This document shows positions 25,276 through 38,659 of a DNA stretch of 64,000 bases, in pieces (within the stretch, counting starts at the first letter, position 1; each line of letters starts with the position of its first letter). Made by a program: the position numbers and the translations under genes. The stretch covers positions 126,046,001 to 126,110,000 of the forward strand of contig NC_043000.1 of NCBI RefSeq assembly GCF_006345805.1. Direction: 5' to 3'. The stretch is from Octopus sinensis. Lineage: Eukaryota. The notes beneath the pieces are model-generated. The model was not told where the DNA came from. It did not search any database and was given only the letters and a program-made list of their open reading frames with translations.

Positions 25276-27111
25276 AAGTGCACATTATATGCCAAGAAAT
25301 ACAATATCCAACAAAAGAAATTATTTGTAAAGGCAATAAAAGTTTCTTAAATTTAAAGAATGAAATTTTTTTTTTAAAGTTGCATTTTCTTTTTTAATAT
25401 AAATAATAAAATTAGGTCCGGTGTCATAATTCATCATCATCATCATCATCGTTTAGCATCCGTTTTCCATGCTAGCATGGGTTCTAGATAATAATTCTAT
25501 ATGCCAATGACAAATCTTATTTTTCATTTGTCCCCTACTTTTGTAACTAAATATAGATGACATGTTGATCAGTGTATTATAATAAAATATCTGACCACTT
25601 GCTATGACTGCTATTGCCTCCTTTTATTGACACATTCCTAACAGATTTCATTGTGGGTGAGAAAGAGTTCTGGTTTATTTCACCAAGAAAGTGACAGGTT
25701 TATTGCACTGTGAAAGGATACCTGAAATTGTAATTCCAGAAACATGAGTTTCAGCAAGTAATGAAATTTCAGGGAAGGTAGGTGAGAAAGGGACGTTTAC
25801 TATTGAAGTTTAAAGCAGATGAATACTGTGTAGGCATTTCACTGTTTTACAGCAGTAAGTAGAATTTAGTTAGGGTTAGTAAACATCAGATAATTATCAA
25901 GGGTTTTCAATTTTCCCAAGTCAGGTTGCAGAGAATTATTTTCTATTTTGGATGTTTGGTAGAGAAAACCAATGTTCCATATAATGTTGAGTCTTTTACT
26001 AACAGAAATATATTGAGCCAAGTTCCCATCATGCTCCTCATTAGTTTTGTCAATGATATAAATATATCATTGGAATTAGACGTTTATGTTCCTTAGTTCA
26101 GTCTAGAGGAAAGAGAGGAAGAGACTGTGCCCCTGGCCCTTGTAGTCTTTCTGGGATCAATGAGATCGATGTTGTTAACAATCTACTTCAACTCTCACAA
26201 GTTAACAAATTCAGGATTTACATGTGCAGAAAGGGAACTCAAGAGGTCTAATGTTTCTGGAAAGAATGGACTGAGCATAGTGGTTAGTATGGGACCTGGA
26301 GCAATGGACAGAGAGTGAAGGATAAGTAAATAAGAGACTAGTTAGTCAAGAGTGCCAACTCTGGAGAGCAGATCTTGTAGTAGCAGTAGAAAAGCTGAAG
26401 GAAGACACCTCATGCTTGTTGGATAGAGGTTGGAGTATATTTGTGAATGAATTTCATGCCAATTGGTTCAAAAAGCCTTGAACTACTCAAATTTCATTAT
26501 CAGTAATTATACCACCCATCACTCTTTGAAGCAGTCTTAAGGCATTATTCATACCAAACAGTAACCTTGTAAAATGACATGTTTAACTGTCACTTTGAAA
26601 TACTTTGTATCACCTACAGTCATTGTTAAATGGAATCTAATGGTGTACTGCTTTCATATCCAATTTGTTGGAGAATTTAGTATACAAAATAGAACATATA
26701 AGATCTTTCAATAATAGAAAATGAATAATACCATCAACATGTTTAATTTCTTTCTTTATAAACATTTCATTAGGTTGAGGAAAACAGCTAGGTTTAGTAG
26801 CAATTGATTTTAAATTGTTGTATTGGTGGGATCAGGACATTGGAACAAGCAACATTAAGATGACTTTTAAATGAAATGATTGCTGTATTTAAACATAGGA
26901 AGTTATTTTTAAAATCATGTTCTGTAACTATTGTACAAAAGTTAAATGAAACAGCTAAATTAAATACACCTAACACACAAGATGGAAGATGGAAAAACAG
27001 TCTGTTTGGTTTTAGCTGTCCTGTCAATTCAAGGACATTGCTGAAATGTTGGGAAAGAGAAATTCATGCAATTCTCCAAATCAAGTGAAACCTCAATATA
27101 TTGGCTGGCCA

Positions 27112-27325
27112 AGGTGGCAAGCTGGCAGAAACGTTAGCACACCGGGTGAAATGCTTAGCAGTATTTTGTCTGTCTTTATGTTCCAAGTTCAAATTCTGTC
27201 ACGGCCGACTTTGCCTTTCATCCTTTCAAGGTCAATAAATTAAGTATCAGTTGCATACTGGGGTCGATCTAATCAACTGGCCCCCTCCCCAAAAATTTCA
27301 GACCTTGCACCTACAGTAGAAAAGA
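27112..27325 (+). mobile_element. SINE family B
   Basis: aaggtggcaagctggcagaaacgttagcacaccgggtgaaatgcttagc...tgcacctacagtagaaaagaat. Confidence 0.8.
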
Positions 27326-27419
27326 ATATATTGGCTAACTATATATACAATGATACTAACATTTTTTTTCAAGTCAATTTCTTAGGTGGTATCCTTGTTG
27401 TAGCAAAAGATGGTTGGTA

Positions 27420-27935
27420 CTGAAGTTGTGGTATTTTTTGACTGACATGATTATGAAAAATATTCAGCCATTTTGCAGTTGTACCAAGTTTCCTTCTTCA
27501 CTGAACAAGTAAAATTGTCATGGTAGGAGCTAACACAGAAAAACCTTTAGGTTGATTTGTGTCAACAGTTTACTCATTGCTAAGAAAACAAGATTCTATT
27601 TCAGCGAGAGTTCCAGATAGGGCATATAGAAAGAAAGGAAAAATTACTGGTTAACCTCTGCATTTCTTTGAGCAGCTTCCAGAGAATGAGCTTTGGTGAT
27701 TGCTTGTTTCAATTTCAGTGAGAATTTCTCAAGTAGATGAGTCTCTAATGCTCTCCTTTCAATATACATTAACAGTCACAGCTTGAAATATAAAGTATTC
27801 GTTGAGGCTGTATTGAATTGTAGCATAAGATTTTGTTAGCTGTTTTTGTAACAGCAACTGGAATCCACAAAAAATTGCATTCTGTTGTTTAATGAAGATT
27901 CAGTTGAGAATAATTATTGTGCAATCTGCAATATG
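27420..27935 (-). mobile_element. Gypsy/Ty3 gag remnant, heavily decayed
   Basis: Minus-strand frameshifted peptides FIKQQNAIF..SLNEYF..FQAVTVNVY*KESIRD, HLLEKFSLKLKQAITKAHSLEAAQRNAE and a worn knuckle WYNCKMAEYFS*SCQS; order matches Gypsy gag from memory. Confidence 0.5.
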
Positions 27936-28002
27936 TCTGAAGACTGAAGGTGAGATAACATTACCAAGCAAAATGAGTCTTTGTTATTTTGTGAAGTCTA
28001 GG

Positions 28003-28495
28003 AAACAAAATGTATTGAGCAAAATTTACTGAATCACCAACACATAACATAGAAAATAATGAAAATAATGACAACCCAAGGAATAGCAAACCTAGAACTT
28101 TAAACATATAAATTAACCCTTTTGATGCCAACCCGGCTGAAACCGCCTCTGGCTCTGTAGTACAAATGTCTTGTTTTCATAAGTTTGGAATTAAAATCTT
28201 CCACCAAACCTTAGTCACAATTTATTTTCCTAACTCTAGCTTAATGATAACTAAGTTATTTTACTAAATTCTTTGTTATATTTAAAATTAATTGAAAGAA
28301 ACACAGAGCATCTCAATAGAAATATGGTAACAAAAGGGTTAATGAACACAGATGAGTAGATATACTGTTTTGCATCCAATAACAAGTTCCAAAAATGAAA
28401 ACACTCCTAAAACAAATTGAATGTAAACTAACATAACAATATACCTTTAAACCAACGTCCCCAAACCATGTGCAAAGGAAAAGACTAGCAAAAAT
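28003..28495 (+). repeat. Local duplication, copy 1 (carries a MITE); copy 2 at 29783-30047
   Basis: aacaaaatgtatt.agcaaaatttactgaatcaccaacacataac...catgtgcaaaggaaaa shared almost identically. Confidence 0.9.
28117..28338 (-). mobile_element. TTAA-type (piggyBac-like) MITE, ~220 bp
   Basis: TTAA-CCCTTTTG...GGTAACAAAAGGG-TTAA; reverse copy of 51907-52124; absent from the duplicate at 29893. Confidence 0.9.
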
Positions 28496-29782
28496 ACTTA
28501 GGAATGTAGTTTTGTAGTGTGTCCACTCACTGTTTGTATGTGATGGAATGTTGTCAGAGTGATGTGCCGGAAGAAATTTTTCTTTTGTCATTGTTATATT
28601 TCACTGCAGAAAGACATGTCTCAGAGAACTTTCTGATTGACGTTGTGAAAATAATTGCTTTCAGTTTTAGCTGAATAAATTGTTGCGACGAAATGCAGTT
28701 GCCAGAATCAAATAGTTTTATTTGGTTGAAACATTCAACTTTAGTATTTGAAGCACTAGTGTAAACATGTCCGTTTTGATGCAAATGGCTGGCTGCCAGC
28801 CTTCGAGCAAGGTATACCATATTGCTTCTAGACCGCAAGTAGCAATTGTGATTCCATAACTTCCATCAGATAAACTTGCTTGTTATTAATTCAAAGAGGC
28901 AAGTATGCCACACACTTTGTCATACCAATTCTGCTTAGGGATTACATTAAGGGCACAAGTATCTGTGGAATACTCAGCCACTTATACATACATTGTGTAG
29001 AGAACTCAATTGATAAAACAATTGGATCATTCATCAATGAAACTAATTAAGGACAGTTTATTCTATTATTTTATATACATGCATGTATGTGTATATGCAT
29101 ATTCATATATGTTTGTTTTTGTGTGTGTTGGTTTGCCTATATCTGTGTTACTATGTATAGTATGTGTATATATTTGTATTTGTGTATCTACTTATCAGAA
29201 TGTTCAGTATGTGTTTTGACCAGCTATTTGACTCCACTTGACTGGTACCGAACTTGCGAAAAAACATATATGCCCCAGAACCTCTCAGAACTAGAAACCA
29301 TTAATTAAATATCATCCTAGCTTAAGATTATCAATGAAGATAATCATGCAATATCAATATCTGTATAATCACCATTAATCTTTAGACATGTTCAGCCTTA
29401 TAAGAATGAAGGACAATTCAGAATAAAGAGACCCAAAATATAAAGGATTCATAGGCAACAAGAATATCAAGCATTCCCATCATCGACTGCCTAATAGATA
29501 TCACTATGGTTTTGACACCTGGGCAGTTCCATTCAATCCAGCAGTGTCAACAGCATTGAAAACAAATGCTGCTTGAGAATTAGTAGACATGTAGCAAGAG
29601 TGATATGTCCATTATGTCTACACCTTCTTACTATTACTAATACCATCACTGAATGTAAACAAAGCCATATGAACATGTAGCTCCAAAGCTAGAAATTAAA
29701 AAGTAGTACCTGTAAAACAAAGAAATTTCTTCCAAAAAAGGACATTGCTATTTCAAAAACTATAGAACAAAATAGAAATAGC

Positions 29783-30047
29783 AAACAAAATGTATTCAGC
29801 AAAATTTACTGAATCACCAACACATAACATAGAAAATAATGAAAATAATGACAACCCAAGGAATAGCAAACCTAGAATTTTAAACATATAAATTAATGAA
29901 CACAGATGAGTAGATATACTGTTTTGCATCCAATCACACGTTCCAAATATGAAAACACTCCTAACACAAATTGAATGTAAACTAGTATAACAATGTACCT
30001 TTAAACCAATGTCTCCAAACCATGTGCAAAGGAAAAAAACTAGCAAA
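29783..30047 (+). repeat. Local duplication, copy 2 (empty TTAA site)
   Basis: taaacatataaa-TTAA-tgaacacagatg: a single TTAA where copy 1 has TTAA-MITE-TTAA. Confidence 0.9.
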
Positions 30048-30699
30048 CACCAATATCTACTAAATAAATATTTAACAATTGAAAATAAATTAACCTAATA
30101 AATCACTTATTAAAAAATTATATAAAATAATATAGATATAACAAAAACTTCCAAATCATAACAAACTGCTAATATAAATGAATGACCTAACTACAAACAA
30201 ACTGAATAACTTTCCATTTAATCACATGGCATTAAATCCTTGTGATTTGGGAACAATTCAAACTAAACCCATAAACTGTTGAATAAACATAATTATAGAA
30301 AGAATTTAAACAAATATTTTTGCTTAAAACCTATGATTTTTGAAAGAGTCTTTTGTGTTATTTTTATATGTTTTCTTCACCCTTTGAATTTTAAGAACTT
30401 ACAGATTTTTTATAATATAAGTCTTGATAAATACAACAGCATTGGTATAAAAGTAATACTTCAGCTGTGTGATTTATCCAAGAACCCAAGTTCAGTTAGA
30501 CTGTAAACCATACAGTTTTTCTTTATTTGTTTTTATTTTCATATAGATATATTGGGATGAAGCTGAATGTGGGTTTGTGAACATCATAGATGTTTACCTT
30601 TTTCAGGGGTTTTATTTTATTATTTTTTAATTGTATTTTTTCTATCACACTGGCATCAAATGGGTGACTGACTTTTGCTGTCTGAAAACAAGTTGGTTT

Positions 30700-30822
30700 C
30701 ACCCTACATATGTATGTGTGTGTGTATATATATATTTATGTATATATGTGAGTAAACATACATATACACAAATATGTATGTTTGTATACATGTATAAATG
30801 TGAGTAAACATACACATGTATG

Positions 30823-30886
<64 letters not shown>

Positions 30887-30920
30887 TATATGTAGATATA
30901 TATATATACATATATGTATT
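30700..30920. repeat. Compound (TA)n/(TG)n microsatellite
   Basis: Seen directly; a similar compound tract spans ~31810-32165. Confidence 0.9.
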
Positions 30921-31963
30921 TGTCCTAATCAGATATGCAAGCTATTAATTATTACTTTCAAATAATTTGTAAATACTCTGATTTATTTTTGTTGTTTCCA
31001 GCCCGTCCGAACTTTTTGAATTTACGCAGTAACACCCAGAGTAACACTGCTAAGCGTACGTTTAAACTTCTCTCTCATTTCTTTCACCATGGTAGTACAC
31101 ATTTTCGGTACTTCTGCATGCCTGGATGTTGTCCTCCTCCATTCTTTTGGCTGTTATTGGTGATACAGTACAATGTTCTTTTTACCCTTTCATCATACTT
31201 TTCAAAAATGTCATCCTTCTCTATATTTCAATGTTTCAGACAGAATCATTCACAGTTGTTCACTGCACTATTTTTTCGGCTTAATGTTTTCCTTATTTGC
31301 TATTAGTTTTCACTTTTGCATGATTTTGAAATAGTCTTCTGGGGATAATTTTACAAGTTGTTGCTTATATTTGTAACTTTTGTTTCATTTCTTTTTTCTT
31401 TTTCTTATATTTAGTTTTCATATAAAACACTGCCAGTTTTTCTGGAAGATTTTCTTTTCATTTGCTGTGTGAACTAAGCATACTTCTCTAGCTTTAATAT
31501 ATATATACAGCTTCATTACATAACTGAGTAGGCATCTAATAAAACAGTTTAGTATTTTCATCAAATAATCAGTGTGTGCACATGTGTGCAGTTGTGTGCA
31601 TGCCAGTGATTAAGTGTGTACTTCAGAAATATAGAATATTAACATAAATTTGGTCACATCCCTCTCAGTTTTGAATTGAAATCCAGCTGGGTCTGAATAT
31701 ATTTTCCATATACCTAGAATATGAGAATTAGAACCAGTAATATACTGAAGTAGATTCAGTTGACTGTATTTTGTCTCTCCATTATAAAAGCTGGTTTTGT
31801 ATCCTAGATATATATGTATGTGTTGCTACATATATGTGTATATGCATGTATATATACATTTATATACTTGCATATATATGCGTTTGTGTTCAAATGTGTG
31901 TGTACTTAGACACACATATATATACATGTATACACACGCACACACTTAGACACATATATATAC

Positions 31964-32016
<53 letters not shown>

Positions 32017-33164
32017 GCTCTGTACATGTACAAATATATATATGTTCATGTATGCATGCATTTGTATATGTGCATTTCTGTGTGTGTATGTATATATGTA
32101 TTTGTGTATATATATATATATTTATACATATATACACACATGTATATATATACACACACACACAGTGGTTGGAACAAATGTTTTCCCGCTCGCAAGAACA
32201 ATGTGGTAATTATAATATCGAGAGACATCCCATTTTAAAGCAAGTTCTGCATCGCTGTTTATTTATCTATATATTTATATATTTATTTATTTAATGTTCT
32301 GCTATTTGGGGAAGCCTTCTTTTATGTTTGGAAATCTTATTCTAAATGCTTTCTGTTGCAAAAATTTCCAGAAACCATATTTTGCAAATTTATTGTAAGA
32401 ACGTAGCATAAATTAAAATAGTATGTATAACCTTTTATTTTGTTCTCTCTTTCTATCTATCTCTCTCTCTCTTTCTCTCTCTCTTTCTCCCTCTCTCTCT
32501 CTCTCTTTCTCATGTAAGCTAACTTTTAAATGATTTTCCTTTTATTAAACTATCAGATACTTATAAAAATTGCTATTAAGACTTCGATATTTCTATATAG
32601 TAAACTTAACTGACTCTTTAAGAAAACTACTATTTTTTTTTTCTCTTACAATTTTTAGAAATATGTTTAAAGCTTTAGAAAACTATTTAATCTGTCGTTA
32701 TCTCTATCAGTTATGATTAATAAACATTCTAAATTGATAAAATTTATCCAAGCAGCAGTTAATCTCCAGTAATGAATCTCCATTACAGTTGTTCCAGTAT
32801 TATAATTTTATACATTTATCATATAAAAATCATTAATGCTAAAATCCTGGATTAATATTTTTATTAGCTAATTTCACTTCAGATCTCTACATGTTAAGCT
32901 TTTATTCACGTTTCAAAAGAGTGAGGTGAGTTGTAACAAATCATTTCTGAAATGAATGCCAAATAAAAAAATTTGCAGAAATATAAAAAATTGCAATTTG
33001 TTAGTATATTTCCTTCATTACAAGTTTGTTTGTTTAATCTTATTACATAAAAAGATTGCAAACTCTGAGATTTCGAGCAAACATTCTGAAAAATAACAGT
33101 TTGGAAAACAATTGACTTTATAAACAAACATCATTTACAATATAGATGATCTAAGTCATCATTA

Positions 33165-33380
33165 TCATCATCATCATTATCATCAGTTAATGTCTGTTTT
33201 CCATGCTGACATGGGTTGGATGGTTCCACAGGGCTGCATTGAGCTCCAGTGTTAGCTTTGGCATGGTTTCTATGACTGGATACCCTTCTTAATATCAACC
33301 ACTTTAAAGGGTGTACTGGATACTTTTTTCTTTTGTGCCATTAGCACTAGTGAGGTTGCCAAGTAACTTGCAAGACAGAA
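33165..33380 (-). mobile_element. RTE-type 3' end short element
   Basis: (CAT)n cagttaatgtctgttttccatgctgacatgggttgg. Confidence 0.65.
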
Positions 33381-33804
33381 AAAGAACAGGACTATAAAAA
33401 AACATTAATGGAATTGATGTATGACAGCTATGTAAAACTTATTCCTTGATAAATTCTTTTCCTATATGTTTTCTAAAATAGTCTTTGACAAAATTTGTAA
33501 CTCCATCTCCTTAAAACCTGTCTATTTCTCCAACTAAAATAATCAGTTTTTCTTTTTATAATTCAAGAAAGATATTATAAAATTCTTAAAGCCCTTTATC
33601 CGGTCAACTCAGATAGTTGCATTAATTAGGTTTGAAGAATGTGGATCGGGAATGCATCAATTAGTGCACAACTATATAAATTCTTTACAAAAATCCTTCT
33701 GTAGGACCATTGTTTCCAATCTTTGTATGATACCTATAGCTTAAGATTTTATATGTTTTAGATTAGCTCACTTGTAGATTTGAAATTGGTATAATATATT
33801 TATC

Positions 33805-34260
33805 ATCATCATCATACGTTCGCTTTCCATGCTGGCATGGGTTGGACGGTTTGACTGGTGAGTCAGGGGCTGCACCAGGCTGAATCTGATCTGGCAAAGT
33901 TTCTACAGCTAGATGCCCTTCCTAATGCTAACCACACCGAGAGTGTAGTGGGTGCTTTTACATGCCACTGGCACAAGGGCCAGTCAGGCGGTTCTGACAA
34001 CGACCACACTCAAAAGGTGTTTTTACATGTTACCTGCATAGGAGCCAGCCCGGCAGCACTGGCAATGACCACGCTTGAATGTTGTTTTTCACATGCCACC
34101 AGCACATGTGCCGGTAAAGCGACGCTGGCAATGATCACGCTCGAATGGTGCTTTTCACGTGTCACCAGCACGAGAGCCAATCAGGCAGTACTGTCGTCGG
34201 CCACATCAGCGATTTTGATTTGTTTACACTTGCCTCAATAGGTCTTCGCAAGCAAAGTTC
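33805..34260 (-). mobile_element. RTE-type 3' end element with internal ~60-bp tandem units
   Basis: (CAT)n tail, then repeated tgccaccagcac...ggcaatgaccacgct(c/t)gaatg..g..tttt units. Confidence 0.75.
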
Positions 34261-36561
34261 ATTGAACTCCATCAGTCAAAATTACTCATGTGACTGCACG
34301 TATATGATTAAGCCTGGACAAAACACTTTTTTGAGGAAAGCTGTCAGTTACCTATATATGCAAGTTTCTCATTTTCATGCCCCTAATTTTAGCCAAAGGA
34401 AAAGCCATTACCAATACATCTCAACATTAATATTGTCACAAATGTTGCTGTTAAAAGGCAAAGTGCCAGAACAGTTACTTCAAGAGATCTTACCTGATCC
34501 TCTAATTGTTGGATTGATACTTTTTTAATATCAATCCCAGAATGCTGGTGGATTTGAATTCGGAAGGCAGAGAGTTGGCATAAGTACCATGAAGCAGTCA
34601 TTCTTTCCAGCACTCTTGCTTACTCTACCATTTCACCTCATTAACAAGCAAATATTATTTCTTGTCTTGACTGGATAGATCTGTTCTCTCTTTCTCTCCA
34701 ATTTTCTGGTAAATCAACTCACTCTGAAATGTAGCAACATATCAGGAAGGTAGACAAGTAGTGAACATTTTTTTACAGAAACAAATTTAATATTAAGTAT
34801 ATTTCACATGTCCCCATTAAGGTAAATCACTGCTTAGAAAAATAACATGGATTGAAACAGCATCATTTTATCTGTATAGGTAATATGCATGTTTAGAGGG
34901 AAAATTGTTTGCTTGTTGGTTTTAAGACAGCTTAAGGCATTATTAATTCAAGGATCTGATATGTAAGGTTTCAGGATTGATAAAGATAGTGCACATTCAT
35001 CACAAAAGAAGAGGAGAAAATTCTGATTTCTGGTTTACGAGTTTTTAAGATGTACCAGCAATACAAATATATATTTTAGTTTCAAAGGATCAGGAAGGGG
35101 ATCATTAGATATACTAACTTAGAAAGGCTTGCTTCCTTATGGAAGGACATGAAATGGAACAAATTTTCAGAGGAATTCTACTTAGCAACCTACCACTTTG
35201 AATCCATAATTGAAATAGTTGACGTTTTGTCTAAGACCCTATACTAGACGACTATGGGGGTGGGGAATGAGCAACTATATCCTTTAATAAACAATGGTGC
35301 TTATTACTTAGTTATGAGTATATGACTTTTATCAAAAGAAAGCAATTATTAAAATGTACACTATCTAGAAAATCCTTATAAATTCTAATATTAATTATCA
35401 CAGTTTGGTTTTCAAGCTTCTATTATTAAAGAAGATGAACAGAAAGACCACACTCCAAGCAGTTAGAAATAGTATTAATGATTGTCCATGAATTTTTTTT
35501 TTTAAAAATGAATAAGATTTTGGGTTGTTTTTTTTTTCCTGTAATGGACTGAGGCTTTTTTGAGTAGTTTTTGTTTAGTATATTTGGTAAAATTTTCAAG
35601 ATTTTGGTATTTCTTTGTTCTACAGTTAAGTGTATTCATTTTTCATTTCTTGTTGTTCATTGTCAGACAGTCTGTACATATCAGTTTAAAATTTGTCTGT
35701 TCGATATTGTTGTATGATTATTTCTGGTCATAAACGTCTAGAAGCTTCAGGATTAATCTTGTTCTTGTTAAACTTGTGCACCTCTTGCTGACTTTTAGGA
35801 ATATTTTCCTTCTTTCCTGTGCCTTCCTCCTGTTCTGTTAGTGTTGGTAGACCTCCTCTACTACTGCACAGAATTCAACCCAGCTTGAAAAACAAAAGAC
35901 CTTTTATCCTTCCCTTGCATGTACAACATGTGTCATACCATGGACGAAACATTGGGTACTGAGAGCATAGTTTTATTGCCAGAAAAACAATTAAACTTCA
36001 GTAATGAAATTTATATTAAAAAATAAAACTGTTTTTAAACAGCTTTTACATTGTATCATGAGTACAGTGCTGCAAATTAACACATTACCAGCTAGAATAT
36101 CCAACACAAAGCAGAACATTCTCCCCCCTCTCTCTCTCTCTCTTTCTCCATCTCTCTCTCTCTCTTTTTCCATCTCTCTCTCTCTCTCTCTCTTTCTCCA
36201 TCTCTCTCTCTCTCCACATGCACATACAAAAGACAAGAAGCATTGATGTTCATTAATTCACTTAATTCTCTGTCATGTTGTTATTTAGTTACTCGTGCTG
36301 AGGTAGCAATATATCAAACCTTGTAGAACAGATCCCTGGCAACAATGAAATAAAAATTGAAGCCAGTTGCCATAGCGATCTATGTAATGAAGATCAACAT
36401 TAGAAAACATGTAAAATAAATGCTTTTTTTTTTTTTTTACTACAACTGGAAGAAAAAGGCACTGCTTGTTTGGCTTTGTAAACAATTTTTCATAGATAAA
36501 TTTACAATGACTATACTGTAGAACTGCTGTGGAAAATGCACACATATATATATATGTATGT

Positions 36562-36860
36562 GTAGTGGAGGTGCAATGGCCCAGTGGTTAAGGCAGCGGA
36601 CTAACGGTCGGAGGATCGCCGTTTCAATTCCCAGACTGGGTGTTGTGTGTGTTTATTGAGCGAAAACACCTAAAAGCTCCACGAGGCTCCGGCAGGAGGT
36701 GGTGGTGACCCCTGTTGTACTCTTTCGCCACAACTTTCTCTCACTTTCTCTTCCTATTTCTTGAGTAACGCTGTGATTGACTGGCTTCCCGTCCAGCTGA
36801 GAGGAACACATACGCCATGGAAAGCGGGCCCATGAGCCTGGCTAGGCTTGAAAAGGGTGA
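36562..36860 (+). mobile_element. tRNA-derived SINE, family C
   Basis: gtggaggtgcaatggcccagtggttaaggcagcggact...gtttcaattccc head; body similar to 54745. Confidence 0.8.
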
Positions 36861-38223
36861 TGTTTATCGTTATATATATATATGTATATATATATATTAT
36901 GAAACATGGTATTATTGAAGTCATCTGTAGGTAATAGAAGGAATTCAATAAGATTTCTAATCTAATATTTGCAGTATTTTATCTTCAGTACTTTTGTTTC
37001 TCCTGTTTGCCTTAAATAAACAATTTTACTGTTTTATAAATCATTTATTTTATAAATGATTTATAAGATATACATTCACTCTTTACATTGGTGAAGAAAT
37101 AAAACATGAGAGAGACTGGGTGGCGGGGGTAGAAAACTAATTCTAATAATTGAAGTACATGCTTGTGTGTGTGTGTGTATGTATTTATATAGAGAGTGAT
37201 AGATAGACAAATAGCGATATCGATATTTATATATTGGAATTGTGTCAGCAATCAGGTCACATATAGTGTGATGAAAATTTTGACACCAGATAATAAATAT
37301 TTATGGAAGTTTTTGTATGCTTTTGACTGGTTCATATATGTCTTCCATGGTGTATTTGTTTTAGTTTCAACATACTGTCTCAGATGAAATTATTTGCCTG
37401 GCAAGTACACCTCCAATATATATATATGTGTGTGTGTGTGTATGTGTATATGCGCACACACACACAGAAACTCCCAAAACTTGGCACAAATAACTAAGCA
37501 TTATCTAAGCCTAATTAGGCTACCTATGGAGAAAACCAAACAGTACCAATATAAGTGATCTCCACAAACTATAAATCCACAAATCCTGTCCACTTTACTA
37601 GAGTGAAGGGCAATGTAGAATAATGAGACTAAGATATAAGAAATTAACAATTGAGCATCACAAATGTGTATTCCCATCATCAGCTACCAAACTGATATCA
37701 CTATGGTTTCAACACTTGGGTCTACCATTCAATCCGGTGGTGTCAATGGTGTTAAAAATATCTCATTGTAGAATTAGGTGCAAGTGTCATTCTTAATATG
37801 ATGAATCAAATATAATTTTTAATCAAATGAAATTACAACTGTAAGAGGAAGAAAAGTAATCATTGTAAATGAAAATTTCTTTCAAAACAAGGGAGCAAAC
37901 TCCTGAAAGTTCAATCAACAAAGAAATCAAATCAATACACACACACACACACAAACAGCATGTGACATAAATGTTAGTGTTGGGATCACAATTATTAGGC
38001 CATGCCTTTGAGCCCAAACCAGCCGGCAGTCTACTCAACTGAAAATGAGAACCTGCAGCAGCAGCTGAGGTTAACCTTGTGATGGACTGAGGTCTTGTTT
38101 AAAGGGCCCTTCAAGAGGATTGACTTAGTGACAAACCAACCTTCCATTTCTGCTATAGAAAAACTATCATAAGAATCTGAGTTGCCTGCAGCCTTGACAG
38201 ACAGCAACTGCATACATATATAC

Positions 38224-38659
38224 ATTATAGTGGGGTAGGCTGGCTTATGGGGTTACCACAGGTTTCTCACTCATAAGGGGTTTAGCCTTACAGCATTTCT
38301 TCAGACCTCAAACACTACTAGCCTGAGACCTCTTTAAAATATGGAGTGTGGAAAAGCCTTGTTTTTAAGGGTAAAAACCCTAGTTGATTATCTCCCTTGG
38401 CCATTGTCCATCAATCTTCGGCCGTGCTGCCATCTTGCAGTTACCAAAGATGTCAGCACGGTCAAAGATCAATGGACAATGGCAAAGGGAGCTTAATCAT
38501 CTAGGGTTTTACCCTTAAAAATAAGGCTTTTCCCCACTCCATATTTTAAAGCAGCCTCAGGCCAGCAGTGTTCAAGGTCTGAAGATATGCCATAAGGCTA
38601 AACCTCTTATGAGCAAGAAGCCCAGGGTAACCCCATAAACCAACCTACTCTACTATAAT
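38224..38659. mobile_element. Near-complete palindrome (foldback MITE-like), ~210-bp arms with a short loop
   Basis: attatagtggggtagg..tttaaaatatggagtg.ggaaaagcctt..gtgctgccatctt / aagatgtcagcac..aaggcttttccccactccatattttaaa..cctactctactataat. Confidence 0.85.

Noticed and set aside
28532-28604. Minus-strand exon-like unit (ctttctgcag ... ACA|gtgagt) containing MTKEKFLPAHHSDNIPSHTN
   Set aside because: No partner exons or recognisable homology, and it abuts a duplicated, MITE-interrupted segment.
30935-31306. 123-aa ORF
   Set aside because: Phe/Leu-rich composition expected from T-rich DNA; no splice or homology support; may be a transposon end that I could not classify.
38003-38225. Short ORFs on both strands next to the large palindrome (MPLSPNQPAVYSTENENLQQQLRLTL*; 64-aa minus ORF)
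   Set aside because: No coherent splice-site pair in the KIF13 phase and no recognisable motif.
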